Origin: Eledone cirrhosa
Lineage: Eukaryota
Reading direction: 5' to 3'
DNA: 64,000 bases
Assembly: GCA_964016885.1 (NCBI GenBank)
Contig: OZ024740.1
Span: forward strand, 100,068,001-100,132,000
Under the pieces are notes generated by a model. The model did not search any database. It was not told where the DNA came from and was given only the letters and a program-made list of their open reading frames with translations. Shown here in pieces: positions 25,816-40,169 of this stretch (within the stretch, counting starts at the first letter, position 1; each line of letters opens with the position of its first letter). The position numbers were made by a program, and so were the translations under genes.

Positions 25816-25818
<3 letters not shown>

Positions 25819-28019
25819 TACAAGTTCAGAATTTCAATATGAATTACAATTCACAGGTAGAAATTGTCGTGTTTTGGGAGTATTGAATCTGAATAAGACA
25901 CAATAGATCAAAATGAAAATGCATCAGTTCTTTAGAGTGCTTTTCTCTCTGTGGTTTATAAGCCCAAAATTGCTTAAGAACATGGCTAGAAATATATCCA
26001 TATGTAGAATAATGTAATTTATGTGCTGTCTTGTGTGCTATATAATATTTTCCTCTCCTCTGGCCTTCCATGACTAACATACTTTGTTGTTGCATCTTTT
26101 TTCTTGATTTTCTCTAAAAAAAATAATCCCCTTTTCTTTGCTATAACAAAAAAATATATTGATATATTTATTTATTTCATAATGCAATTTTACACACATT
26201 TTTCAGGTTTTACCAGTAAATTAAGATTCATAATCCTAAAACCAATTCAATTTCAGAAATGATATATATATCTGTATTTTAAAGGGGCTTAAATATCATT
26301 TTATATTTTAGATACATAAAAACTTACTTTGAAACTTTCCTAAAACAAATAAAGAAAGAAAGCAAAGAATTAGTAGAAGTGGTATTCTTATTTTTATTGT
26401 CTTTGTCTCACTTTATTTCAGTTCTTGTCAGTCACTTAAATAAGAAAAATTTGGTATCTTGTACTATCCTTCGATTCTAAATAGGCATACATTGACAATA
26501 TACTATGATATATTACTATTTGGAAATGTTGGAAATTATATTGTCTAGTGCCTTTCAAAAGACCATTAACTCATGCTGTGGCATTTTTGGAAATGTTTGT
26601 AAAATCATTCTTCCCAATTCAGCGTGATTCCTAGATGGAATCCCTACAGTGTGACATATAATAAAGAAAACTGATATGAAGCATTACATTTTAATTGAGA
26701 AATTGTTACCTGCAGTTGAACAGTTAATGTAATAAACGTAATGTACACACTGACAGCATTGTACACTCCTTACTACACAGATAAGCATTGGAAGACAAAT
26801 CTTTATGTGTAGTTAAAGAGTAATAAACTAACATTTACATGCTTATAAACATTAGTAGACTAACTTTTGCATGTAGAAGCATACAGTTATTCTAAATGTC
26901 TACATGCATTTAAACAATCAAAGAAAGACAAACAGTAGAAGACTAAACCATTAGAAATATATTAACAGGAATAATGACTCCATAGCATGTAGCTTGAAAC
27001 ACATCATACAACCTGAGTGAATAAATGGTAAGGTTTTTAATTATTAATTTTCTATTATGTTTCCAAACTCAGTGGCACAACAAAATCTGTTAATGTCCGA
27101 GGTCAAAGATATTTAGTCTCCTCACCTTAATTATCAGGCATGATAAGCCGATGGAAATTTTGTACCCCTGCAGGTAACTGCGACCCCATCTTACACACCT
27201 CTTTTTTGGCCTCTGTCTAAAATAATTGATATTTATTTACATTTATTGAAGATGTGTAATTCCTTCTGACTCATTGAGGGGCATTCTGTTGGTTTTGTTT
27301 TTACTAAAATTTTAGATACCAACCTGCCTAAAATGCACCCTGTTATATGAATATAAAACTGCACATTTTAAAGTGGCCGTACATTAAGACCTACCATCAT
27401 AATTATAATTAAGACATTTTAAAGTAATATTCAAAATATCATCTTATTAAATTCATTTTAGTAAATAGTTTTAAAATGTTTATTATTTTCAAATTTAAAT
27501 TAAATACATTTCCAGTGTATTTCATTAGATATATGGTAACAAAATGGTTACAATATATAAAAAACAGTGGATCTCAATCTTATTTTATCACAGAACACTT
27601 ATATGATGTTCCAAAAGTCACTGAACCCATATCTATATTTAAAGAATAATCACTACAACTCTAATTTTAATAAGTCATTAAATGAAACAAAATTTATTTT
27701 AGTTAGAAATCTTTTCCACATGAAAAAATATAATAAATTCTTATCATGAAGGAACATAAGCTAGTGGGTAAGGCATTGGTTTCATGATTGTATCATGGGT
27801 TCCATACCTGGCCTGGTTAGTGTGTTGTGTCTTTGAGAAAGGCCTTTCTGTCATTTGAAAATGAGTACCACATGTAGCAAACGTTAACCTTGTGAGGACT
27901 TGAATCACAACAAACTGCGAGTCTTGTTTTCTCAGATGCTTCATAACACATACATTTCTGGCTTTCACCCAACTCGTATGAGCATATAAAATATGGATAT
28001 AAAATCCATGATAATAATG

Positions 28020-28850
28020 GTTATTGTTATTAACATTATCATATTCTTCCTCAGGATTGATCTTAATTTCTGGTTTAGTCAAGATAGCAGACTAAATCCA
28101 ATGGTTTTAGGTATCATAACAATGTTTCCTTCTTTTCAGTTTGTATCTAATACCTTTTGTATTATCCTAACTGTTCCAAGAAAACAGGATTTCTGTAACA
28201 TTTCCAGGGTGAGATTCAGGTTTAGTTTTTATCAGTCCATTAAAGTTCTTTGTGATTGTCCCTAAGACATCAACCATCACTGATATCACATCCACCCTTT
28301 TCATCTTCCACAATCTTGAAATTTCATATTTCAGGGGATCATAATTTGGGCATTTTTCTTCTTTTATGTCTATGCGAGTATCAGATGGTCAAGTTGGGTC
28401 TATCAACTGACATGTTTTGTTTTCTTTTTGATACAGTGATATCTAGTCTGTTATGATTTAGTAGATTATCGGTTTGTATGGGACAATCCCATAAGATCTT
28501 GTGGTCTTCTGACTAATATTTTCTCTGGTTGGTGCATGTATCATTTGTCTGCCTTGTCAAATCCCCACTTCTCACACTGTTTCCAGTGGATTACTTTGGC
28601 CACATTATCATGCCTCATCTTATTATATTCACTTTGAGTAAGTTTTGGACACTCTGACAATGTGTGCCACTGTTTCAACTTCACCACTACACAATAGACA
28701 CAGAGGAGATATGTCTCCACCATTCACTGCTTTTCTGATGCTATTTGTGCAAATTGCCTGTTCTTCTGCTGCAAATATTGTGCTCTCTGTTTCGTTTTTC
28801 AAATACTCCTGCTTTAGCCAATCCTACGACTTCATTCTTCTCACAGGACA
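28020..28850 (-). mobile_element. Dong/R4 3' fragment (older family)
   Basis: HTLSECPKLTQSEYNKMRHDNVAKVIHWKQCEKWG, followed by a decayed RLE region. Confidence 0.75.
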
Positions 28851-29351
28851 GGGAAAAATACACAATCTTGATATAGGGCAAATTACAAAATCAAATGTAG
28901 ATTGCTTTTCTCTCTGCTACTACTGGAACAAAAGGATGACATAGCCATCTAGAAAACACATGACGTTATGAGGCTGTTCATTTGTAAACGAATCGAATAT
29001 TAATAATATTATTAATATTATTAATATTATTATAATATTATTATAATTCACTCACGAAAGAATTTACATATCCACTATGTTAAAGCGAAAACAAATTTTG
29101 TTTGCAAAAAATATTATTATTATTGTTATTATATGTGTTTTTCCTCTTCCTTCATTTTTGTTTCCATTCCTTGCTGATTGTCTTCCAGAGACCTAGGGCA
29201 GAAGAACTCACTGCATGCATTGGTAAGCTACAAAAAATAAACACATCAGATTGTTCATGTCATGAATTTTACACAGTTACAAATAAATCATTTATGTTAT
29301 ACATGTGCACATCATGTTTACAATCATATTTACAACAGAATGATTATTATT

Positions 29352-29593
29352 ATTTGCATTTATCTTGCTTTATGTTTATACGAGTTATCACCAAGTCACA
29401 ACCAGTGACCTCAAGAGACAACAAGGTCCGCCATGTTCAAGAAAGAACATACATATTTACACATGCATCCTTAGTGTTTAGACTTGTGATGTACTTATAT
29501 TGACAGGATCTTCCTTAGTATATGGGCAGTTCCCATTAGTACAATCTTTTGTATTTCTCCTATACACGGGTTTCCTGGGATTTGCGATAAGTA
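29352..29593 (-). mobile_element. Dong/R4 family B 3' stub
   Basis: Near-identical to 32098-32340; flanked by TTA runs. Confidence 0.85.
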
Positions 29594-29665
<72 letters not shown>

Positions 29666-29666
<1 letters not shown>

Positions 29667-32070
29667 TTTGAGTCTCAGTCATTGATGTTATTTAACTGGA
29701 AAGTTTGTTGAAATGAATATCAAGCCGCTACCTGCAGCCTCAGATATTCTGGACATATTCGGAGGGTTCTTGCTGTTCCCAGCAAGCATGCTTTTGAAGT
29801 GTTCCAAAAAGCGGGGCTGGACTAATTTTCTTTAACCATCCTTGGAAACTCTTTGAGATAGTACCTAGTGCGCCTATGACAATCGGGACCACTTTGACTT
29901 CATGGCAGTTCCAAATCCTTTTTACCTCCCACTTTAAGTCCTGGTATCGGTTAATTTTCTCCCTCTCCTTTTCTTGCACTCTCGTGTCAAATGGGCAGGC
30001 TACATCTACAATCAGGCATTATCTTTTTCCGTTGTCCAAAACCACCAGGTGAGGCCTATTGTGTTCCAGTTTCTTGTCCGTCTGTATCCTAAAATCCCAT
30101 AGCACCTTCACCTGATCGTTTTCTATCACCGACTCTGGCTTATGCTCATACCACTTCTCAGAATGTGGTAAATTGTTTACTTTGCATAGATGTCAGTGGA
30201 TCACCCTGCCTATCACATCATGTCTCCAGCCTTTATAGTGAGTCAGGGCTAGGTGTTTACATCCGGATACAATGTGAGCCACAGTCTCCTCTCTCTCTCT
30301 GCACAGATCCTACACAGTGAGCTAGACTCCTCCTTGTAAATATGGTGTTTCACCCACTTCGTTCTGAGGGCCTGCTCTTGCGCAGCCATTAGCATTCCTT
30401 CTGTAGCCTTTTTAAGGTTTCCTCTTTTTAACCAGTTCGATGTCTGTGGATCTCTAAATTCAGTTTTCTTAAAGAAGGTACTATGAAAGGATTTTTCATG
30501 AAGGTTGCTCTTCCTCCTTGTTGTTATTTCCTCCTTGGGCATACCCTGGTCTATTGTCCTCTCCTTCAGTACAATTTTGAGCATTGACTCCCTACTGTCA
30601 GCCACATATTTGTGCAGGTTGTTTTTCTCCATCTGAACACAGTCCTCTATGCTGATAAAACCTCTTCCACCTTCAGGTCTCTTTAAGTAGAGTCTATCGA
30701 CATCACTCCTCTTGTGGAACATGTTGTAGATAGTTAATAGCTTCCTAGTATTCCTATCCATTTCTTTTTGTTCAGCAACATTCCATTTCAGAATTCCCGC
30801 ACTGTACCTAATAATAGACACAGCTCGGGAATTCACTGCACTTATGACATTCCTACTATTTAGATGTGATTTTAATACGCTCCTTACTCTTCTAATGTAC
30901 TCAGATTTTATAAATTCCTTCATTTTTTTGTTCTTGATGTCATCTGCCTCCAGAACACCTAAATACTTGTATCCTTCTTCAGTGACAATTTCCTTTATTA
31001 TCTTACCTGTTGGTACCTGGATTCCATTGCTTCTGCTCAATTTACCCCTCTTCATCACTAGGACTCCACACTTATTAATACCAAATTCCATATATATATC
31101 ATTGCTGAAAATATGGACAGTGTCAACAAGTACATCCAACTCCTTCTCACTTTTCCGAAAGAGTTTAAGATCGTCCATGAACAGGAGGTGGTTGAAGGTA
31201 AGCTCTCTTTTTCCCAACTTGTGTCCTGCTCTCACTTTTCCCAATATAACAGTCAGAGGTATCAGGGCAAGGACAACCAGCAGAGGGGACAAACTATCTC
31301 CCTGGAAGATACCTCTGTCAATCTTCACGCCTCCCAAGGATTCTCCACCCGATGTTAACTCTGTTTTCCAGGACTTCATACTTTTGCTCAACAACTGTCT
31401 GATGTTATCTGCCACCTTGAAGATCTCTAGGCTTTTGGTTATCCAAGAATGAGGTACCATGTCGAATGCCTTTTTGTAATCTATCCATCCCATGGCAAGA
31501 TCAGTGTGTCTCCTCTTGCAATTCCTCATTACCATCTTATCAATAAGTAACTGGTCTTTTGTACCATGGGACTTCTTTCGGCATCCTTTCTGTTCGTCCA
31601 GTAACAAGTTGTTTATGTGGAGGTGATAGCAGATTTCCTCAGACACAATGCTTGTTAACAGTTTCCACATTACGGACAGACATGTGATAGGTCTATAGTT
31701 GGTAACATCATTACCCTTGATTCAGACTTTCATTACCAGAACTGTGGTACCTTTTGTCAACCACTCTGGTACCTCACCCGACATCAAGCTGTCATTGAAC
31801 ATGGTTGTCAGTTTTGGGGGGAGGGATGTTATATTTTTAATCCAATACCCCTGCACACCATCTGGGCCTGGTGATTTCCAGTTGGTTAGTTTTTTGGCCT
31901 GCCCTTTAAGAGTTTCAACTGTGATACTCAAATCAGGTTCTTGGTGTGCTTGTTCACTAATCTCTTTTTGTACTGTCTCAACCCACACTGCCTGACTATT
32001 ATGTTCAACATCCTGCTCCCATATTCCACTCCAGAATGTCTTAGTCTGTTCTGCCTCAGGGATCAAGTCG
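29666..32070 (-). mobile_element. Dong/R4-clade LINE, family A, 5'-truncated (473-aa RT ORF segment at 30249-31670)
   Basis: KSPGPDG, WIDYKKAFDMVPH, GIFQGDSLSP, FMDDLKLF, YKYLG, CRIC knuckle, and RLE K..RYQDL. The 3' end abuts a long (TAA)n. Confidence 0.93.
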
Positions 32071-32097
32071 TTTTATTATTATTATTATTATTATTAC

Positions 32098-35000
32098 AGT
32101 TGCATTTATCTTGCTTTATGTTCATACGAGTTATTACCAAGTCACAACCTGTGACCTCAAGAGACAACAAGGTCCGCCATGTTCAAGAAAGAACATACAT
32201 ACTCACACATGCATCTTTAGTGTTTAGACTTGTGATGTACTTATATTGACAGAATCTTCCTTAGTATATGGGCAGTTCCCATTAGTACTATCTTTTGTAT
32301 TTCTCCTATACGCGGGTTTCCTGGGATTTGCGATAAGTAATCATTAGACCCCTTAGGTATCATTCCTAGAGCGCCTACAACCACTGGTACTGTTTTAGTT
32401 CTCAATTTCTACATTTTTCCAATTTCTATCTCCAGGTCCTTATACTTGCTCAATTTTTCAAATGTTTTTATAGATACATTCTTGTGTATTGGAACGGACA
32501 TATCAATTAGCAGGCATACCCTCTTTTTAAAGTCCTTCAATATTATATCAGGTCTATTTGCATCTATTTTTCGGTCTGTTTGGATGCTAAAGTTCCAGAA
32601 GATTGAGATATGATCTTTTTCAAGTATGGGAGGTGGTTGATGCTCCCACCAATTCTTTTGATGGGGCAGGTCAAAATGCTTACACATTATCCAATGTATG
32701 TATTGTGCAGCTCTGTCATGCCTGTTTAGGTATTCGGTTGGAGCTATAGGACTGCACATTGAAATTATATGGTCAATGGTCTCTGGTTGTTTTTTGCATA
32801 CACGGCATAATGGGCTGCATCCATTTTTTATTATGTTAGCTTGGTAATTTTTTGTTGGCAGACACTGATCTTGTGCTGATATAATCAGTCCTTCAGTCCA
32901 GAGGATGCCAACCACTGATGGGTTAAAGTTTTGTCAACATCAGGATTGTTAGCTCGCTCTGGGTATTTTCCATACAGAGGCTTTTCTTGCCATTTCTTAG
33001 CCAGTTTCTGTAGCAGTTCTTTCTTTGCAGTTAATTTTACCTGCTTTGCTTTTTCTGTGTTTTCCATTTCAGCAGTAAATGGGACTTCTGAAATTTGTAG
33101 TCCATTACTGTATCTTTGTGCATCTTTTATAATGGAATATGATCTTTTGATGCTTTCGTGTTTCAAAACGAGTTTGATCATCCAATCATGTGATTCCCTT
33201 AGATATGTAGATAATCCAATTGTTGCAGTTTTCAACGCAATGTCTAACTGGATTAACCCACATCCTCCTTCTTTCCTAGGGCGATATATATTCTATCTAT
33301 ATCTGCCTTAGGGTGATGTATTCTGTGCATGGTTAAGAATTTTCGAATTTTTGTATCGAGCCTACGGATCTCTGTGCTTGACCAGTTGATGACATTGTAA
33401 CTGTAGGTTACTACTGGTATGGCAAGCGTATTTATGGCATCGATCCTATTCCTTGAATTCAATTCCGTTCTTAAGATTGCTCTTACTCTGCGGTAACATT
33501 CCTTCCTTATCCTTTCCCTCATTGTCGAGTGCTTGATTCCGTCTCCTTCACAAACACCTAGATATTTGTAAGTTTTTTTCTTGATCAAGTTCTCTTATCA
33601 CGTTCCCCTGATCAAGATTAATGTCTGAACTCTTCAGCAGCTTTCCTCTGGTGAACGTTGCTTTGGCGCATTTATCTAGTCCAAACTCTATTTTAATGTC
33701 ATCACTGAACTGCTCCACAGTGGATAATAGCCCTTGCAATTGTTCATCATTTTTTGCAAATAGTTTCAGGTCATCCATGTAGAACAAGTGATTAATGGTT
33801 TTGTCATAGACTTTATAACTTTATATCCATGTTTTGTTTCATTGAGCATTTTACTTAATGGTATAAGTGCGATGCAGAATAAAAGCGGTGATAAAGAGTC
33901 ACCCTGAAAAATTCCACAATTAATATTAACTTCTCCAGCTTCCAGTGATTTTGTTTCACTATTCAAAAGGAGTGTCATTTTCCATGTCTTCATACTGAAT
34001 GTGAATGACAAAAATCTCCTGACAACGGGGGATATTTTGAAAATCTCTAAACATTTTTCAATCCAACTGTGTGGCAAACTATCGAATGCTTTTTTATAAT
34101 CTATCCAAGCAATTGATAGATTTGTGTGTCTATTATGACAATCTTCCAGTATCATTTTGTTAACCAAAAGCTGATCCTTACAGCCATATGAGCCTCATTT
34201 ACACCCTTTCTGCTCAATGGGAAATAGGTCATTTCTTATCAGGTGGTCATATGTATATTGCAGTTAGGACTGATGTTAAAATTTTATACATTGTGGTCAA
34301 GCAAGTTACCGGTCTGTAATTTTTGGGATTGTTTGTTTCATCATTCTTCGGAAGCAGGAATGTAATGCCGTTAACTAGCCATGATGGTATCTTTTCTGGC
34401 TCCTTAACTATTTCATTGTAAAGTTGGGCTAACAGCTCATGAGACTCTGTGAAGGCATTTATCCAAAAATTTTGTATTTTGTCTTTTCCTGGGGATTTCC
34501 ATTTGCTGGTTTTTCTTAGAGCCAAGCGCAACTGTTCAACTGTTATATTTCCCATATTTGTTCTTCAGGGTGTGCTGTATCTTTCATTTGTCTGTCTATC
34601 CATGGGGCATGTATGTTATGAACTTTTTCTTCGGCCCAGATCTTTTCCCAGAATTCTTGCACTTCCTCCTTGGGTGGTATTGATTTAGCAGTTATTGTTG
34701 ACTTACCAATTTTTCTGTAGAAGTTTCTTTGGTTGTTTTTGAACATATTATTGTCCTTATAGAATTTAGATCGTTTTTCAAAGCGCCTTATACGAGCAGC
34801 TTTGGCCAACACTTTTTGCTTGATTATTTCTATCAGCATGTCTATGTCACTTGTTGATTTTATACTGTACTTTTTTTTCAATTTTCTAAGTTTAGTTTGT
34901 TTAACATGTTCACCTACTTTATAGTTTGTTAAAATTTCTATGTCAGATCAGAGAAGGTTTATTTGGCGATTGATGTTCTCTTGCCAAGTAGATTTCTTGT

Positions 35001-36040
35001 GGGAATTCCTTTGTTTTTTCATCTTCACTCCACATAAGTGAGTGGTGACTTTAGCCGATGCATAATAGAGATGATTTAAATCAGTAATGTTTAGTTTGTT
35101 TGTGATGATAATGTTTTTGAGAATTATGTAAGTCTTGTGTATTATCTTTTGGTTCTGTTTGGAGTTCTGGATCTTAGGGAGGGTGTCTCGTTGCCCCATG
35201 TCAGAATCTTTCATTTTCATCCATTCGATCATAATTTCATCCTTCAAGTTGGCAAGTTCATTCTCATTCATTTCTTTATCATTTACGATCTCATTATTTT
35301 CATTTTGAGTTTCATCTTGAGCATGCACTCCCTCCACTTTTTCAATCCTTTCTTTAATTTGTTCTGTTGCCAGTGATTCCGCCTCAACCCTGGGATTCGA
35401 AGTGTTACAATTTACCTCGTTTTCACTGACACATGTTTCATTTTCCCTTCGCTGACTTTGTGCTAATAGCTTGATCTGATCAATTTCTATATAAGTTAGT
35501 AACTTTTTTTTTACAATATTTCTTCATATATTGGCTAGTTTGTTACTGTCAATATAGCCTCTTTTTCCAGTTGATATATGTCTGTTCTGTATTCGATGTA
35601 TTTGATGGGTAGTACATGGCAGTGTAGAAAGCCTCAAGGACTTCTTTATTATCTTCCCTTGACCATTTTTCTCTCTTTTTCTTTGGATTTCTTGGTGGTG
35701 AGCATGGAGGGCCAACAGTAGGAGTATTCCGGTTATGGGAGGTCTCCAGCTCCGAAGTGATGGGAAGGTTTGAACCATTAGCTGATTTTTCGACCCCAGT
35801 CTGGTTCCTCTCTGAGGGACGTGGGTCTTTTTTACCCGGGTGACGGCCGATCTGGTATGAGATTTTATCATTAGACATTTACTTTATTTTGTCGCGTTTT
35901 ATCCTTATCCGCCAAGGGGTAATCATTTCGTGTTACCACTTCTAGAACGAGTGTCAACCAAGACTAGAGGGGTCGTTCTCCCCTAGAGACACGGCTATTC
36001 CCCGCCGTCCGCCATCCCGGTATTTCTTGGTCACGGGGTT
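32098..36040 (-). mobile_element. Near full-length Dong/R4-clade LINE, family B; frameshifted single ORF ~35878-32241
   Basis: N-terminal KWSREDNKEV motif, RT (QGDSLSP, FYMDD), CRVC..H..C, and RLE RPDIILKD..LLID..VP..K.SKYKDL. Structured 5' leader present. Confidence 0.93.
35941..36032 (-). ncRNA. Candidate HDV-like ribozyme in the Dong 5' leader (no P4)
   Basis: P1 GACCAA/TTGGTT with a G.U first pair, P2 AGAAC/GTTCT, P3 GAC/GTC, L3 CCCTCTA, single-pair P1.1. J4/2 is atypical (CACTC). Confidence 0.45.
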
Positions 36041-36146
36041 TTCTTTTTTGTTGTTTTTTAAATTGTTATTATCATGATTGGTTCCTTAATGTGAGCATTG
36101 CGTGGCTTAAGAATGAAATTATTAATAATTGTCTCCACTCCAGGCA

Positions 36147-36206
<60 letters not shown>

Positions 36207-36207
<1 letters not shown>

Positions 36208-39200
36208 GGCGTTTTGAAATGTCTGACAGGTACCGATTGGATTTCCCGAATATGCCAATGTGGACTTGGAAAAACCGCATCGGGTCATCCAGATCATATC
36301 TAGATAGAGTATTTTGTAGGGAAATAGATGGCTCTAGCATAGGCTGTCGACAATTCAAGATAGTCAGCTACACGGACCACAAATTTCTGATCTGTGTGGT
36401 TGATTTAGATAGGCTTCATAGACAAGGATTCGGCTACTGGAAGCTAAACGCGTCATTACCAGCGCGCAAGGCCTACAGAGACCGGATTAGCGAAATAGTT
36501 AAGCGGGCGTTGACGGGGCTCATCGTCAACAAGAAGTGGTGGTTTGCTATGAAAAGAGCGATAGAACAGAGTCCATTAGGTTTAGTAAGGCTTTAGCAAT
36601 AGAGAAAAATAGAGCAGAGGGAGTACTAATTAGAAAATTAGACGAGGCGCTTAGCAAAGGCATAGCGACCGACGCACTTGCGGCGAAATTGGCCCTTGAC
36701 TAATTTTTCAATGCAAAGCACGATGGCTGCGTTGTCAGAGCTAGGTTGCGTGCTCTCAAACAGGAGGGAACGAAAGCCGTTCAATGGGCCCGAGTGGCGG
36801 AGGCGCGTCGTGGCCACAAAGCCACGATCCGGTCTTTGGTGGACCACGACGGGCGCATGCTACTCGATCCCGGGCAAGTGTGTGAAGCTTTTCAGCGACA
36901 CTTCGCTCAGCTGTTCGGGGGCGGCAGCGGCGGGCTGGATTGAGGGATAGACTTTAGTGTCTACCTCGACGGACTGCCGCTATCTCGACCACTGAGGCAG
37001 AGTGATGCGAAAAGCCGATAACAGCAGCTGAAGTACGGGAGGCAATGACTGGCTGCACAAGGGCTAAATCGCCTGGTTTGGATGATCTGCTCTATGGACT
37101 TTACGTACAGATACCAGACTTGTTCGGAGGCCTCTTGGCACACGTCTACTGCAACTGGCAACAGAACGGGAGAATTCCTAGCTCTGTGAGCCGAGAAGCG
37201 GTGGCGCTGCTGAGAAAGGATCCGAACAAGAGGGATAACATAGATAAGTTCAGGCCCATAACTCTGCTAGACACAGAGTTCAAGATTTTGGACAAGGTGA
37301 TAGCAAAGAGGTTGGTGCTTGTCCTTGGTGGTCTGGTGGGAGAGGCGCAGACATGCGCCATTCCGGACAGATCCATCCCCGACAACCTCCACCTCATGCC
37401 ATACATCGTGGAGAGGGTAGCTAGGGAACCTGGCACGGGTGGGTCCTTGATCAATTTAGATCAGTCGAAAGCTTTAGATAGGGTCGACGATCGTTATCTG
37501 GCGGCAGTCTTGAGGGCGGCTGGCTTTGGGCCCGTCTTCATGGGGCTGGATTACTTCACTGCCATGCACAGCGACATCTGCTCTGTGGTGAGAGTTAACC
37601 GTCACCTTTCGGAACCGTTCAACATCATGCGCTCGGTCCGCCAAGGATGTCCCCTCTCGTCCCTCTTGTACGTATTGACTCTCGAGCCATTACTGCACAA
37701 ACTGGAGACGTTGAGGTGAGTCCAGCGCGAATTAGGATGCGGAAGATCCGTGTCAGCATATGCGGACGATGTCACCGTAGTGGTGTCGAACGCCAAACAC
37801 ATCGAGGCGATCGGAACTACACTAAGAGAATACGAAGCGGTGACAGGAGCAGTCGGTGGGCAGGTGACAGGAAATGTCGATGGGCCTGCAGCTCGGCACC
37901 TGGAGAGGCAGGTTCATGCCATCCAAGAGCGTCTTCGGGCGCTGGACGGACGGGCCGGTTACATTGCTAGGGGTCTGGTTCGCTCCGGACCTCCAGACGG
38001 ACAAAAACTGGGACGAAGTGACGAGCATGGTGGCTTCTCTCACCCAGAAAGAGGCGGAGAGGAAGCTATCCCTGAAAGGTCGAGCGGAGGTGGCTAACGC
38101 GTACATCGCATCCGTCATCTACTACCGCCTCTCCATCGTGCCTTGACCTAAGCTTCGCCGGACTACGCTGGAGCGTTTGCTCTTTCGCTTTTTGTGGAAG
38201 GGACGCGCTCCGATGGTCAGGCGGTCCATATGCTGTCAACACCCGCTACGTGGAGGGCTGGGCATGCCGTGGCTGATGATGCGCAGACACGCGCTCAGGC
38301 TACGACATATCCACCTCTTCCTCGACGGTGATCAGGTGTGGTCGCCGTTTGCTAGACACGTCTTTCCTCAGCTCGTCTCCTTGACGGAGCTGCAGTCCTG
38401 GGTCAAGCGAAGACCGAGAGGGAGCGCTTGGAGACTGGAATGTCTTCAGGCGCTCACAGCCCTCGACCAATCGGGCAATGTGATCGGTGGAAACTCCACC
38501 TAGGCGTTCTATAGAGGATTAGTGGAGGGGAAGAGCGACGACGTACTTGGGGAAACTCTAGGCGTCGAGGAAAATCAACTAGCCAATCTCTTCGGAAGAA
38601 GTTTCGGGCCGGGGCCTATGGACAACTTCCAGAAATCCCTGGCCTGGCAGTGCTACCGGGGAGCTTTGCCAGTTCGGGATAAACTCTACAGGCATGGAGG
38701 GGTCGTCAGCTGGGCATGTCCAAGATGCGCGCAGAGTGACGAAACCGTCCTGCATGCACTCGTCCAGTGTCCGAGCATTACTGACTTGTGGGTTTATGTC
38801 GAACACCTGCTGTCGCGTATAGAACGAATCCGACTATCAGCTGAGTCCATCGTGAGGATTGCCCCGCCCTCATCCTTTAGCCAGGAAGGGCAGGCATTTT
38901 TTATCTGTCTGGTGGCCATGGCGAAAGAGATAGTATGGTGGACGCGCCTGAAAGGGCTGAAGACGAGCACTTACTTCTTCGGTGATGCCCTGATTAACTT
39001 TTTCCAATTTCATTTGAAAAGGAAAATTAGGGTAGAGAAGGAAGTGCTCTCTTCCCAGCTTTTTGTTGAAAGATGGGTGAGAGAGGCAAGAATGGCCCGA
39101 GTGAATGAACCTACTCTGAGTATATACCTGTAAATTGAAGGTGGAAAACTGGGAGAGGACACTAGCCTTGTTGGTCAGGGTTTAATGGGCTTTCTCCACG

Positions 39201-39372
39201 ATGGTCCTCGGAAGATTCCCCCCCATTGGGGAATTTTTCATTGTTCTTTTTATTACATCCTCTGTTTTTTGTTTTTTTTACACGCAGAAATGCCCATTTG
39301 TACCGTCCTTTATTGTCCTGTACTGTCCTTAATGTCTACTTTGTGTAAACCCTTGTAGTTAATAAAGAAAGC
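36207..39372 (+). mobile_element. Tx1-type LINE, 5'-truncated within the APE domain
   Basis: SYLDRVF, TDH, GYWKLN, KSPGLD, QGCPLS, AYADD and CPRC..ETVLHALVQC. Preceded by (TTA)n at 36147-36206 and followed by (TTA)n. Confidence 0.93.
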
Positions 39373-39602
39373 ATTATTATTATTATTATTATTTTTTTTT
39401 TATTATTTCTATTGTTATCTCACAGAGCCTCTGAACATATGTTTATGTAACTTGGAACCCTCCTTGAAAACGACAGCATTAGAAAACTACATTGGAATGA
39501 TTTTCATTTGCCATTGTTAACTCCACAAAATGATTCTAACTAAAGTTTGCAAACTTGAAAATTATTCATTTATTAATATGTAATTCAGTTGTAAATAAAT
39601 TA

Positions 39603-39673
<71 letters not shown>
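39603..39673. repeat. (GA)n microsatellite
   Basis: Direct observation. Confidence 0.95.
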
Positions 39674-39676
<3 letters not shown>

Positions 39677-40169
39677 AGACAGATGTGTAGATATACATAT
39701 ATTATCTTCAACGATTAACATCTATTTTCCCAGGTAAAATAAGTTGAATAAGTCTCCACAAACCAAGTCATTTCTAAATTGGAGTGACTAACCTTTCAAA
39801 TGGGCTCAAGGCACATATAATTTACGTACAATTAATACACGTCACAAAGTGTATTTAGTGTGTTTTATTATGACACTAGTACTAGAGAGGTTATTATGAC
39901 TTTGTTTGTTATGACTTGACTTTGGCAAATTTTCTGAGTGGATGTACTTTTGATCACCAACCACTTTACAGGGTGTTCTGGGTGCATTTTTCATGACACC
40001 AGCATTTAAGAGAAAGATAGTTATTGACTCAAATGGAGAGCGCTCACTACACTATGATAACTTCTTTGTTTTTTTAACAGGCTGAATGAATTGGAGTGCA
40101 TAACCCAAAGAAACTTAAGTACATGTATATGTCACTGTTGTAACTAATTATATATATATTATATATATA

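Noticed and set aside
26022-26125. Possible terminal exon on minus (TTTTTTTTAG then EKIKKKDATTKYVSHGRPEERKILYSTQDST*)
   Set aside because: Short, no recognisable homology and no partner exons; needs RNA-seq.
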